Positions 46,251-55,589 are shown, counted from the stretch's first letter. The stretch is DNA of 64,000 bases from an uncultured Candidatus Rokubacteria bacterium (GCA_963762145.1 CAVXJS010000021.1:640001-704000), one strand, 5' to 3'. Notes: generated by a model not told the origin, from the letters alone. Translations and numbers: made by a program.

Positions 46251-46365
46251 GAGCCCAGCCGAGCGGGGGCGTCAGGCATCGCCCCGGAGTGTAGCACTTC
46301 GCGTCTGGAAGGCGGGTTCCGGGGCGTTCTCCCCGGACCTCACCCAGCGATGATAGGCTCACGCG

Positions 46366-47157
46366 ATGACCAACCATGCTCTGAGCCAGCCCGCGGTCGA
46401 TCTGCGTGAAGCCGAGGGTGTCTGGTGGATCACGTTCGATCGGCCGGAGGCGAGCAATGCCTTCACCCTCGCCGACCTGGACCGCCTGGCCGAGATCTTC
46501 CAGGAAGCCGGTGCCCGGCCGCCGCGCGCGGCCGTCCTCACCGGTGCGGGGCCGCGAGCGTTTTCCGCCGGCATGCATCTTCAGGCCTTCTCGGACCTCA
46601 CGCCGGAGCGCGCGAGGGAATTCATCGTCAAGAACCGAAAGCTTCTGGCGGCCGTCCGGACGGCGTCGTTCCCGACCATTGCGGCTATCAACGGACATTG
46701 CCTGGGAACTGGACTGGGCCTCGCGCTGGTCTCGGACCTTCGCATCGCGGTGCCACACGCCACCTTCGGGCTTCCAGAGATCAAGGTGGGGGTACCGTCG
46801 GTGTGCGACATCGCGCTCCTTCAGCAGCACATCGGCCTGTCCAAAGCCAAGGAAGTGATCCTGACGGGTGACAGCTATTCCGTAAGCGAGCTCGCCCCCT
46901 ACGGGTTCCTGAACGCGGTCGTCTCGGCGGATGAGCTCGTCGCCGAGACCGAGCGCATGCTCGCGAGAGTGGTCCGGCATACCCGGACGGTCACGGCGGC
47001 ACAGAAGCGATTGTTCGAGATCTGGCAAACGACGAATTTGACTGCGGGCATCGACATGAGTGTCGATATCTTCGCCGGCGTATTCGACTCGCGGGAAACG
47101 TATGAGCAGATAGACCGGCATCGGCTGGCCATCGGTCGGAAGCCCGAGACCACCTGA
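46366..47157 (+). CDS. Enoyl-CoA hydratase/isomerase family
   Basis: FDRPEASNAF, AFSAGMHL, IAAINGHCLG.G, FGLPEIKVG; more A/T-rich codons than its neighbours. Confidence 0.9.
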   Translation: MTNHALSQPAVDLREAEGVWWITFDRPEASNAFTLADLDRLAEIFQEAGARPPRAAVLTGAGPRAFSAGMHLQAFSDLTPERAREFIVKNRKLLAAVRTASFPTIAAINGHCLGTGLGLALVSDLRIAVPHATFGLPEIKVGVPSVCDIALLQQHIGLSKAKEVILTGDSYSVSELAPYGFLNAVVSADELVAETERMLARVVRHTRTVTAAQKRLFEIWQTTNLTAGIDMSVDIFAGVFDSRETYEQIDRHRLAIGRKPETT

Positions 47158-47197
47158 GCCCGCTACTGGCCAGCATCTCCTGGCCGCGCTCCACCGA

Positions 47198-47227
47198 CCC
47201 TCTCCCCCCGGGTCCGGGGGGAGAGGG
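47198..47227. repeat. REP-like palindrome core between convergent genes
   Basis: ccctctcccccc-gggtcc-ggggggagaggg. Confidence 0.8.
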
Positions 47228-47252
47228 CGCGGAGCGGAAGGCGACTACGCGA

Positions 47253-47669
47253 TCAGTAGCGCCAGCGCGGATGAGGGGCCGGGCGATACGGCGCGCCGCC
47301 GTAGCACCAGCCCTTCTTCGCGTGGCCGGGCGGGCAGAACGCGGGCTGCGGGTGCACGACCACGTGCCGCGGCACCGGCACGTACACCGGATACGGCTTC
47401 ACGATGACCCGCGGAGCGGGGACGTACGCGCGAGGCCGCGGCGCGTAGTAGACCGGCGCCGGCGGTGCGTAGACCACCGGAGGCGGCGCGTAGACCACCG
47501 GCGCGGGCGCCACGACCGGCCCGCGCTGGAAGATGCCGACTCCGCCCAGGATCTGGTTGAACACGGCGAACGCGCCGAGCCCGAGGGCGGCGTCCGTGGA
47601 CCCGCCCGCGAAGGCCAGCGTTGGAGCAAAGACCGCGGCAGCGAGAACCAGCGCGATCAGCTTTTTCAT
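47253..47669 (-). CDS. Exported Pro/Val/Tyr-rich protein
   Basis: Signal MKKLIALVLAAAVFAPTLAFA; PVVYAPPP repeats; CPPGHAKKGWC motif; AGGAGG SD. Confidence 0.8.
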   Translation of the reverse strand: MKKLIALVLAAAVFAPTLAFAGGSTDAALGLGAFAVFNQILGGVGIFQRGPVVAPAPVVYAPPPVVYAPPAPVYYAPRPRAYVPAPRVIVKPYPVYVPVPRHVVVHPQPAFCPPGHAKKGWCYGGAPYRPAPHPRWRY

Positions 47670-47718
47670 GGTGTTGCCTCCTGCCCGGGGCCATGGATGC
47701 CGCCCCGTGCACCGCATG

Positions 47719-47746
47719 AGACGAGACCGGGGGGCGGCGTGTTTAC
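47719..47746 (-). promoter_or_regulatory. Putative ECF sigma promoter
   Basis: Minus strand GTAAAC-N17-CGTCT, about 50 nt upstream of the 47669 start. Confidence 0.5.
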
Positions 47747-47849
47747 CGGCGGCCGGCCTGGATGGCTGAGCGGCGGAACTCCGCCAATCTGCAGGGGAAT
47801 TCGAAGCCGAATCTGGCGGACCCACGCCGCTTGTCTTACCATGCGAGGC

Positions 47850-49892
47850 ATGAGCGAACATGCGAGCGTCTGCCCCCTCGATTGCCCCGACACCTGCAGC
47901 CTCACCGTCACCGTGGAGCACGCGAAGATCGTCAAGATCCGCGGCTCGCGGGCCAATCCCTACACCGCGGGGGTGATCTGCACCAAGGTCGCCGGCTCGT
48001 ATCCCGAGTGGGTGCACGGGCCCGGGCGCCTGCAGACCCCGCTGCGCCGCATCGGCGCCAAGGGCGAGGGACGCTTCGCGCCGGTCTCCTGGGACGAGGC
48101 GCTCGACATCATCCACGAGCGCGTGACCGGCGTCATCGCGGCACACGGGCCGCAGGCGGTGCTGCCGCTGAACTACGCGGGGCCGCACGGCATGCTCGCC
48201 GTACGCCTCGATGGACCTGCGCTTCTTCCACAAGCTGGGCGCCTCGCTGCTGGACCGCAAGCCGCTCTGCGGCGGCATCCGCACCGAGGCCTGGCTCGGC
48301 ACCTTCGGCACCACGCCCGGCATCGCGCCCGAGCAGGTGCGCGCACTCCAAGCTCGTCGATCGCGTGGGGCAACAACGTCACGTGGTCGAACCTCCACCT
48401 CACGCCGATCCTCAACGCGGCCCGCCGCGACGGGGCCAAGCTCGTGGTGGTGGATCCCAAGCGCATCAAGGTCGCCGAGCAGGCGGACATGCACGTCGCG
48501 CTCCAGCCCGGCACCGACGTGGTGCTGGCCTGGGCGCTCGCCGCGGAGCTGGAGCGGCGGGGCGCGCTTCGACCGCGCGTTCATCGAGCGGCACGTGACG
48601 GGCTTCGAGGAGTTCATGGGCGGACGCGCGCCGCTACTCGGTGGCGGACGCGGCGCGGATCTGCCGGGTGCCCGAGGCGCAGATCCGCCAGCTCGCGGAG
48701 TGGTACCACACGCTCTCGCCCGCCTCCATCAGCGTGGGCAACGGGCTCGAGCGCAACCAGAACGGCGGCAGCGGCATCCGCGCGATCTTCGCCCTGCCCG
48801 CGCTGGCCGGGAAGTTCGGGGTGCCGGGCGGCGGCCTCGTCAACGGCGCCGGCTTCGCGTTCCCGAAGACGCCCGCCAAGCTGCAGCGGCCGGACCTGCG
48901 TGCCCGCCGGGCACCCGCACGCTCAACATCGTGGACGTGGGCGCGCACCTGCTCGATCCCGACGCTCTCGCCGCCGATCAAGGCGCTCTTCATCTACAAC
49001 CACAACCCGCTCATCGTGCACCCGGACCAGAACCGCATGCGCCGCGGGCCTGGCCCGCGAGGACCTCTTCGTGGTGGGCTGCGACGTGGTGATGACCGAC
49101 AGCCTGGCCTACTGCCGACGTGGTGCTGCCCGCCTCCAGCCACTTCGAGTACGACGACCTCTACGCGGCCTACGGCCAGCACTGGCTGCAGCGCGCCGAG
49201 CCGGTGATCCGCCCGCAGCGGCGAGTCGCTGCCCAACACCGAGATCTTCCGCCGGCTGGCCGCGCGCTTCGGCTTCACCGACCCGATCTTCGCCGCCAGC
49301 GACGCCGAGCTGATGGACGACGCGGTGGACGCCGCCGACCCGCGCCTGGGCGGCGTGCGCCCCGAGCCGCCTGCCCACCGACCGCGCCACCGCCATGACG
49401 GTGGGCGGCGAGGACGCGATCCTGTTCAAGAACGTCTTCCCCAAGACCGCCTCCGGCAAGGTGGAGCTGGCCTCGGAGTACCTCGAGAAGAAGTACGGCA
49501 GCCGGCTGCCGACCTACCGGCCCTACGAGACGACGTTCCCGCTGATCCTCATCACGCCCGCCTCGGACGAGCGCATCACCTCCACCTTCGGCGGGCTCAA
49601 GGCGGGCGACGACGACGCCGCCGCTCGAGATGCACCCCGACGACGCGCGGGCCCGCGGGCTCGCGGACGGCGTGCGGGTGCGGGTGTGGAACGAGCTGGG
49701 CGAGGTGCACCTGCCGCTCCGGATCACCGACGAGGTGCCGGCCCGGCGTGGTCTGCAGCGCTCAAGGGCGCGTGGATGCAAGACGAGCGACAACGGCCAG
49801 ACCGTCTCCGCGCTGGCCCCCGGCCACCACGCCGACATCTGCCGGCGGCGCCTGCTACAACGACACGCCGCGTCGAGGTCGCCGCCCTCTAG
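47850..49892 (+). pseudogene. Molybdopterin oxidoreductase (DMSO reductase superfamily, YyaE-like); more than 10 frameshifts as assembled, probably sequencing error
   Basis: CPLDCPDTC...GVICTK, WGNN, ERNQNGG, VLPASSHFE, KTASGKVEL and MHPDDA fragments occur in order across shifting frames. Confidence 0.85.
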
Positions 49893-49903
49893 TTCCCCTC
49901 TAG

Positions 49904-49985
49904 CCCCCACCCTACCCTCTCCCCCTCGACGGGGGAGAGGGGGTGCGAATCCCTCTCCCCTCAGGGGAGAGGGCAGGGTGAGGGG
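49904..49985. repeat. Inverted doublet of REP-like palindromes (REPIN-like)
   Basis: cccccaccctaccctctccccc-tcgac-gggggagaggg, a short spacer, then ccctctcccc-tca-ggggagagggcagggtgagggg. Confidence 0.88.
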
Positions 49986-50023
49986 TGGTCTACCTCCGGA
50001 ATGACTGCACGGCGGCGATGAAT

Positions 50024-50443
50024 CTACCGCTCGACGTTCTCCTCGGCGATGGCCTTGCGGGCCTTCATGTTGAAGCGGCCGTCGTAGACCGGCTGCCCGC
50101 CCGTGGTCGGCCCCTGGTACTGTACGAAGAGCATGAGGCCCCCGGTCTTGGTGGAGAGCGCCTCCTCGAAGTGCGGGTCGGGGTAGAAGAGCATCGTCCC
50201 CGGCGTGTAGACCGCATCGCCGATCCGGAACTCGCCCTCGAGGATGTACCAGACCTGCGCGAAATCGTGCTTGTGGAACGGATGGTGCGAGCCCGGCTCG
50301 TAGCGGACCAGGCCCGCGTTGGGCTCGGTCGGCCGCTCGCCGCGCGGGTGGAAGAGCATCTTGCTCCACTGGCCCGGCCAGCGCAGCGTCTCCCACTCCC
50401 GATCGTCGGCGTGCACCGCTTCCATTGGCTGATGCTCTTGCAT
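50024..50443 (-). CDS. Cupin domain protein (ChrR-like)
   Basis: LVRYEPGSHHPFHKHDFAQVWYILEGEF. Confidence 0.82.
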   Translation of the reverse strand: MQEHQPMEAVHADDREWETLRWPGQWSKMLFHPRGERPTEPNAGLVRYEPGSHHPFHKHDFAQVWYILEGEFRIGDAVYTPGTMLFYPDPHFEEALSTKTGGLMLFVQYQGPTTGGQPVYDGRFNMKARKAIAEENVER

Positions 50444-50454
50444 GACGGTCGCTC

Positions 50455-50925
50455 CTAGCGCTTGGTGTTGGCGCGGGTGAGCTCGGAGGTCAGGCAGCGC
50501 GCCACCCACGCGTCACGCTTGGCCGGCGCGACCACGTCGTCGGGGGTGCGCGGGGTGAAGCGCGCGAGGGCCTCCCAGCAGCGCTCGCGGGCCTGCGCCA
50601 TCTGCAGATCGGCCTGGAGGACCCGCACGGTGCGGCTCCGCTCGATGTCCCATCGCACCGCCACCACCACCACCGCGAGGGCCGCGCCCACCACCATGAG
50701 GAGGAACAGGACGGCGGCCACGCCCTGCCACTGGCGGATGCGCCGCTCGGCGGCGTCCACCAGGCCGGAGATCTTCACCTCCACCGGCCCGCCCGCGTGC
50801 CGGATGATCTCCACCTCGCGCCGCGGCGCGTGCGGGAGCAGCGCGGAGGCGGAACGGTCGCGCGCCGGGCGCGTGGGAGCTGCCGCGTCCAGCAGGGACG
50901 GCTGTCTCGAATCGATCGCTCCCAT
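50455..50925 (-). CDS. Hypothetical bitopic membrane protein
   Basis: One TM helix, then a coiled-coil-like segment and two Cys; AAGGAG SD. Confidence 0.65.
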   Translation of the reverse strand: MGAIDSRQPSLLDAAAPTRPARDRSASALLPHAPRREVEIIRHAGGPVEVKISGLVDAAERRIRQWQGVAAVLFLLMVVGAALAVVVVAVRWDIERSRTVRVLQADLQMAQARERCWEALARFTPRTPDDVVAPAKRDAWVARCLTSELTRANTKR

Positions 50926-50979
50926 GCCTAATCTCCTTTGGTCATGACGCACCGCGGTTGCCCTGCACCGCCCTCCTTC

Positions 50980-51831
50980 TTAGCGCACTCGGAGCCGCGG
51001 GTCCAGCACGTCTCGCAGTCCGTCACCGAGGAGGTTGAGGCTCAGCCCGGCCACCGTCAGCGCCAGGCCGGGGAACAGGCTCACCCAGAAGGCCTCGCGG
51101 ATGACGTTCTTGCCGCTCGCGATCACATTGCCCCACGACGGCACGTAGGGCGGCACCCCCACGCCGAGGAAGCCCAGGATCGCCTCGGCGAGGATCGCGT
51201 AGGCGAAGACGAAGCTGCCCTGCACGAGGAGCGGGCCCACGCAGTTGGGCAGGATGTGGCGCAGCGCGATCGCGCTGTCCCGCCGGCCGAGCGCGCGGGC
51301 GGCCTGGATGTAGTCCAGCTCGCGCAGGCTCAGCACCGTGCTGCGGATGATCATGGCGGTGCGCGGCATGTAGACGACCGAGAGCGCGAGGATCACGTTC
51401 CACACCCCGGGGCCGCGCGCGGCCATCAGCGCGATCGCGAGCAGGATGGCCGGGAAGGCCATGAGGCCGTCCATGCAGCGCATCACCGGCACGTCGAGAC
51501 GGCGCGAGTAGCCCGCCGCGAGCCCGATGACGATGCCCCCCGCCGAGGTCAGCAGCATGGTGGTGAGCCCGACCAGCAGGGAGACGCGGCTGCCGTGCAG
51601 CACCAGACTGTAGATGTCGCGCCCGAACTCGTCGGTACCAAGGTAGTGCTGCGCGCTCGGCGGCTGCAGCCGGTTGGCGGGCGTGAGCCGCGTGGGGTTG
51701 TGGGTGGACACCGCGTCGGCCAGGAGCGCGGCCGCGACCAGCAGGAGCAGGATCGCGGCGCCGGTCACCACGCCGCCGTTCCGGGCCAGCCGCCGCACCC
51801 AGCGCTGCCGCTCGGTGAGGGGCTCAATCAT
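50980..51831 (-). CDS. Peptide/nickel ABC transporter permease (DppC-like)
   Basis: YLGTDEFGRD, DYIQAARALG, RHILPN, PSWG. Confidence 0.93.
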   Translation of the reverse strand: MIEPLTERQRWVRRLARNGGVVTGAAILLLLVAAALLADAVSTHNPTRLTPANRLQPPSAQHYLGTDEFGRDIYSLVLHGSRVSLLVGLTTMLLTSAGGIVIGLAAGYSRRLDVPVMRCMDGLMAFPAILLAIALMAARGPGVWNVILALSVVYMPRTAMIIRSTVLSLRELDYIQAARALGRRDSAIALRHILPNCVGPLLVQGSFVFAYAILAEAILGFLGVGVPPYVPSWGNVIASGKNVIREAFWVSLFPGLALTVAGLSLNLLGDGLRDVLDPRLRVR

Positions 51832-52768
51832 AGCGGATCCGCGGGTCGATGAAGGCGTAGAGCACGTCCACCAGCAGGTTGATGAGCACGTAGACCGCCG
51901 CGGTCACCAGCACGACCCCCTGCACCACCGGGTAGTCGCGGCGCAGGATCGCGGAGATGACGAGGCGGCCCAGTCCCGGGATGTTGAACACGATCTCGGT
52001 CACCACCGCGCCCCCGATGAGCACCGCGGTGGTGACCCCGATCACGGTCACCACCGGCACCAGCGCGTTGCGGAAGGCGTGCACGTAGGTGACCGTGCGC
52101 GTGGGCAGGCCCTTGGCGCGCGCGGTGCGCACGTAGTCCTGCTGGAGCGCCTCCAGCATGCAGGAGCGGCTGATCCGCGCGATCAGGGCCGACTGGTTGA
52201 AGCCGAGCGAGACCGCGGGCAGCACCATGTAGCGCAGCGCGCTCACCGGCTCGGAGAAGACCGAGGCGTACCCCGCGGCGGGGAGCCACCCGAGGCGCAC
52301 CGCGAAGAGATAGATGAAGTTGAGGCTCAGCCAGAACCCGGGCACGCACACGCCGAGCAGCGAGCCCAGCATGAGCGTGCGATCCCAGATCGAGCCGCGG
52401 TGGGCCGCGGCCACGATGCCGGAGGGCACGCCGATGACCACCGCCACCAGCAGCGCGCAGGCCATCAGCATGAGGGTGGGCTCGGCGCGCTCGACGATCG
52501 CGGTCACCACCGGGCGGTCCAGGAAGTAGGACTGGCCCAGATCGCCGCGCAGCACGCGGGCGTAGAACCCCAGGAGCTGCTCGTGCACCGGCCGGTCGAG
52601 GCCGAGCGACCGCCGCGTGGCCTCGATCTGGGTCGGGGTCGCGTCGGGCCCCAGCATCACGCTCACCGGATCCCCGGGGATCAGGTGGATGAGCAGGAAC
52701 ACGACCGTCACCACCACCGCCATCACCGGGATGACGGCGAGGAGGCGCCGGATCAGGTACGCGAACAC
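51824..52768 (-). CDS. Peptide/nickel ABC transporter permease (DppB-like)
   Basis: PGDP, GDLGQS, DYVRTARAKGL, HAFRNAL, DPRIRY. Confidence 0.94.
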   Translation of the reverse strand: MFAYLIRRLLAVIPVMAVVVTVVFLLIHLIPGDPVSVMLGPDATPTQIEATRRSLGLDRPVHEQLLGFYARVLRGDLGQSYFLDRPVVTAIVERAEPTLMLMACALLVAVVIGVPSGIVAAAHRGSIWDRTLMLGSLLGVCVPGFWLSLNFIYLFAVRLGWLPAAGYASVFSEPVSALRYMVLPAVSLGFNQSALIARISRSCMLEALQQDYVRTARAKGLPTRTVTYVHAFRNALVPVVTVIGVTTAVLIGGAVVTEIVFNIPGLGRLVISAILRRDYPVVQGVVLVTAAVYVLINLLVDVLYAFIDPRIRYD

Positions 52769-52806
52769 GAAGACCGGTCAGCCGCGCGGGAACCCGCCAC
52801 GGGCGA

Positions 52807-53424
52807 CTACAGCGGCTTGATCGCGACCTTGCGGAACTTGATCACGCCGTCGCCGTGCTGCAGGGTGATGGGGCCTTCGGCGAACAGGCCGTTGTGGAGC
52901 TCGACGGTCTTCTGGCCGTTCAGGAGCACCGTGATCTGCCGGCCCTTGGCGGTGATCTCGAAGGTGTTCCACTTGCCGCCCGCCTTCGGCATTGGGTTCA
53001 CCTCGACGAAGTTGACGATCCCGCCGGTGCCGTAGGTGGGGTCCTTGCGCTGGTCGAAGATGTTCACCTCGTAGCAGGACCGGTCGGTGATCTTGGTGGG
53101 CTCCTGGCAGCGCAGGAAGATCCCGCTGTTGGCGTCGTCGCTCGCCCAGAACTCGACGTAGACCTGGAAGTCCTTGTACTTGGCCTTGCTGACGAGGTGC
53201 GCCGCGACGTCACCGGTTCGCTTGTCGGCGACGATCGCGCCGTCCTCCACCCGCCAGTTGCTCTCCCCGACCCGGTCCCATTCGGCGCCGATGGTCTTGC
53301 CGTCGAACAGCGTGATCCAGCCCGGGCCGGCCTGCGCCGACGCCCGGGAGACCGCGTGGACGGTGACGACCGCCAGGACGAGGCCCACCGCGAGGGCGAG
53401 GGCGCGGATCGATACCCGAGGCAT
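52807..53424 (-). CDS. Exported DUF1080 (3-keto-disaccharide hydrolase family) protein
   Basis: Signal peptide; GWITLFDGK, WRVEDG, NSGIFLR, WNTFEI, GPITLQH, IKFRKVAIK. Confidence 0.9.
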   Translation of the reverse strand: MPRVSIRALALAVGLVLAVVTVHAVSRASAQAGPGWITLFDGKTIGAEWDRVGESNWRVEDGAIVADKRTGDVAAHLVSKAKYKDFQVYVEFWASDDANSGIFLRCQEPTKITDRSCYEVNIFDQRKDPTYGTGGIVNFVEVNPMPKAGGKWNTFEITAKGRQITVLLNGQKTVELHNGLFAEGPITLQHGDGVIKFRKVAIKPL

Positions 53425-53439
53425 GGTGGTCTCCCTCCC

Positions 53440-55005
53440 TTACTTCTCGAGCCAGACGTTGTAGAACCGAATGCGTTCGGTCGACTCGTTGAAGCCCTTC
53501 AGCGTGTTGCGCGCGGCCCGCAGGCCGAACAGGTCGCCGTACCGAATGACCGGCACCTTCTCGTAGAACTGGCGGGTCTGCTGCTCCCAGAGCGCCATGC
53601 GCTTCTTGGGATCGGTCTCGCGGGCCAGCTCCGCCTGCAGCTTCAGGATGCCCTCGTCGGTGGTCCACCCCGGCCAGCTCGCGGTGAGGTAGATGTGGTG
53701 GGTCGGGTCGTAGAAGGCGCCCATGCCGGTGGTGAAGACGTCGTACTCCTTGGAATTGTTCCGGCGCTTGACCAGGGTGGCCCAGTCCACCACCTGGAGG
53801 TCGATGTTGAAGCCGGCGTCCTCGAGCTGCTGCTTGCTGAGCAGCGCGAAGTCGTACATCCACTTGTACTCCTGGGTGGTCATGAAGCGGATCGGCTCCT
53901 TCTTGTAGCCCGCCTCCTGCAGGAGCCGCTTGGCCTTGTCCTTGTTCCGCTCATTCCAGGGCAGCCCCGAGATGTTGGTGTGCCAGGCCTTGATCTCCAC
54001 CGGGGCGAGGCTCGAATCCATCCGGTAGAACTCCTTCTTGCCACCCGCCACGTTCCGCATGATGGGCTCGATATCGATGGCGGCCTGCCAGGCCTGACGC
54101 AGCTTCTCGTTCGTCATCAGGCCTTCCTTCTTGTTGAAGACGGCCACGAGCCAGTAGTAGGGCTTCGAGACGATGGGGCGGGCGTTGGCATTGCCCTTGA
54201 GGCGGTCGAAGGCGTCGAGGTTGAGATCGTCGCCGAAGTCGAGCTCGCCGGTCTCCACCTGGGCCACCCGCGTCGCCACCTCCGGCACCGGGACCCAGCG
54301 GATCTCGTCCACCCACGCGGTCTTGCCGCCGCCGTAGCCGTTGGGCTTCTCGTTGCGCGACTTGTACTCCTCGAAGCGCACCATGCGGATGTACTGGTCG
54401 GGCTTCCACTCCGCGAGCTTGAAGGGGCCGGTGCCCACGTACTCGGTCGCCTTCACCTCGGGCGCGAACTTCTCGGCGATCTCCTTCGGATAGATCGCGC
54501 CGAAGTTGTTCGGCACCGCGAGCGAGATCAGCACGATGGCCGATTTCTCCTTGAGCTGCATCTGCACCGTCAGCGGGTCCACCGCGCGGAGCTCGGCCAC
54601 CTGGGCGAAGAGCGCCTTGCCGTAGATGGACTGCTTGCCCCAGCGGGTGAGCGACGCCACCACGTCCTCGCTGGTCATCTCCTTGCCGTTGTGGAACTTC
54701 ACGCCAGACCGGAGCTTGAAGGTGTAGGTGAGGCCGTCCTTGCTGACGGTGTGGCTCTCCGCGAGCATCGGGGTCGGCTTGTTCTCGCGGTCGAGGCTGT
54801 AGAGGCCCTCGTAGATGTGATTGGTCAGCGTCTCGGTGATGCTCGCGGTGGTCCAGTGCGCGTCGAGCGCGGGCGGCTCGCCGAGATTGCCCACCCGGAG
54901 CACGCCGCCCTTCTTCTGCGCGTCGGCGGGTCCCGCCGAGAGCGTGAGCAGGGCGGTCATCGCGAGCGCGGTCAGCCACCGGGGCGAGATCGTTCGACGC
55001 GCCAT
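53440..55005 (-). CDS. Peptide/nickel ABC transporter substrate-binding protein (family 5)
   Basis: GGVLRVG, IYEGLY, PMLAES, YTFKLRSGVKFHNG, VGTGPFKL. Confidence 0.94.
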   Translation of the reverse strand: MARRTISPRWLTALAMTALLTLSAGPADAQKKGGVLRVGNLGEPPALDAHWTTASITETLTNHIYEGLYSLDRENKPTPMLAESHTVSKDGLTYTFKLRSGVKFHNGKEMTSEDVVASLTRWGKQSIYGKALFAQVAELRAVDPLTVQMQLKEKSAIVLISLAVPNNFGAIYPKEIAEKFAPEVKATEYVGTGPFKLAEWKPDQYIRMVRFEEYKSRNEKPNGYGGGKTAWVDEIRWVPVPEVATRVAQVETGELDFGDDLNLDAFDRLKGNANARPIVSKPYYWLVAVFNKKEGLMTNEKLRQAWQAAIDIEPIMRNVAGGKKEFYRMDSSLAPVEIKAWHTNISGLPWNERNKDKAKRLLQEAGYKKEPIRFMTTQEYKWMYDFALLSKQQLEDAGFNIDLQVVDWATLVKRRNNSKEYDVFTTGMGAFYDPTHHIYLTASWPGWTTDEGILKLQAELARETDPKKRMALWEQQTRQFYEKVPVIRYGDLFGLRAARNTLKGFNESTERIRFYNVWLEK

Positions 55006-55121
55006 TCCAGCACCTCCAGAAAGCAAGCGGGTGGTCTCGGGTGCCAAGACTCTGCGATGCCGGCCGCGCCTTGTCAACCGCCGCGTGCCCCCCTTAGACT
55101 GTCGGCCGGAGGGACCCGACC

Positions 55122-55589
55122 ATGGGCGTCAGCGGCATCCTGCACACCGGCCTCACCGTGAGCGATCTGGACCGCTCGGTCGTGTTTTACCGCGACCTCC
55201 TCGGCCTCGAGCTGATCGCGCAGTGGGACAGCAGCCAGCCCTACCTGCGCGCGGTGGTCGGTTATCCGGACGCGGAGCTGCGCATCGCGCTGCTGCGCCT
55301 GCCCGCGGGGCCGGACGAGGCGCCCGGGCATCACATCGAGCTGCTCGAGTACCGCCGGCCGCGCGGGAGCCGGGGCGACGCCAACACCTACATTCCCGGC
55401 AACGGCCACGTGGCGTTCATGGTGGAGGACATCGACGCCACCTACGCCGATCTCCGGGCGAAGGGCGTGCGGTTCAAGTCGGCCCCGGTGGAGATCAACC
55501 ACGGGCGCAACGCGGGCGCCAAGGGGGTCTACTTCTTCGACCCCGACGACATCACGCTGGAGCTCATCCAGCCGGCGCGCCGGGCATGA
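55122..55589 (+). CDS. VOC/glyoxalase family protein
   Basis: HTGLTVSDLDRSVVFYRDLLG, IELLEY, HVAFMV, YFFDPDDITLELIQ. Confidence 0.92.
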   Translation: MGVSGILHTGLTVSDLDRSVVFYRDLLGLELIAQWDSSQPYLRAVVGYPDAELRIALLRLPAGPDEAPGHHIELLEYRRPRGSRGDANTYIPGNGHVAFMVEDIDATYADLRAKGVRFKSAPVEINHGRNAGAKGVYFFDPDDITLELIQPARRA

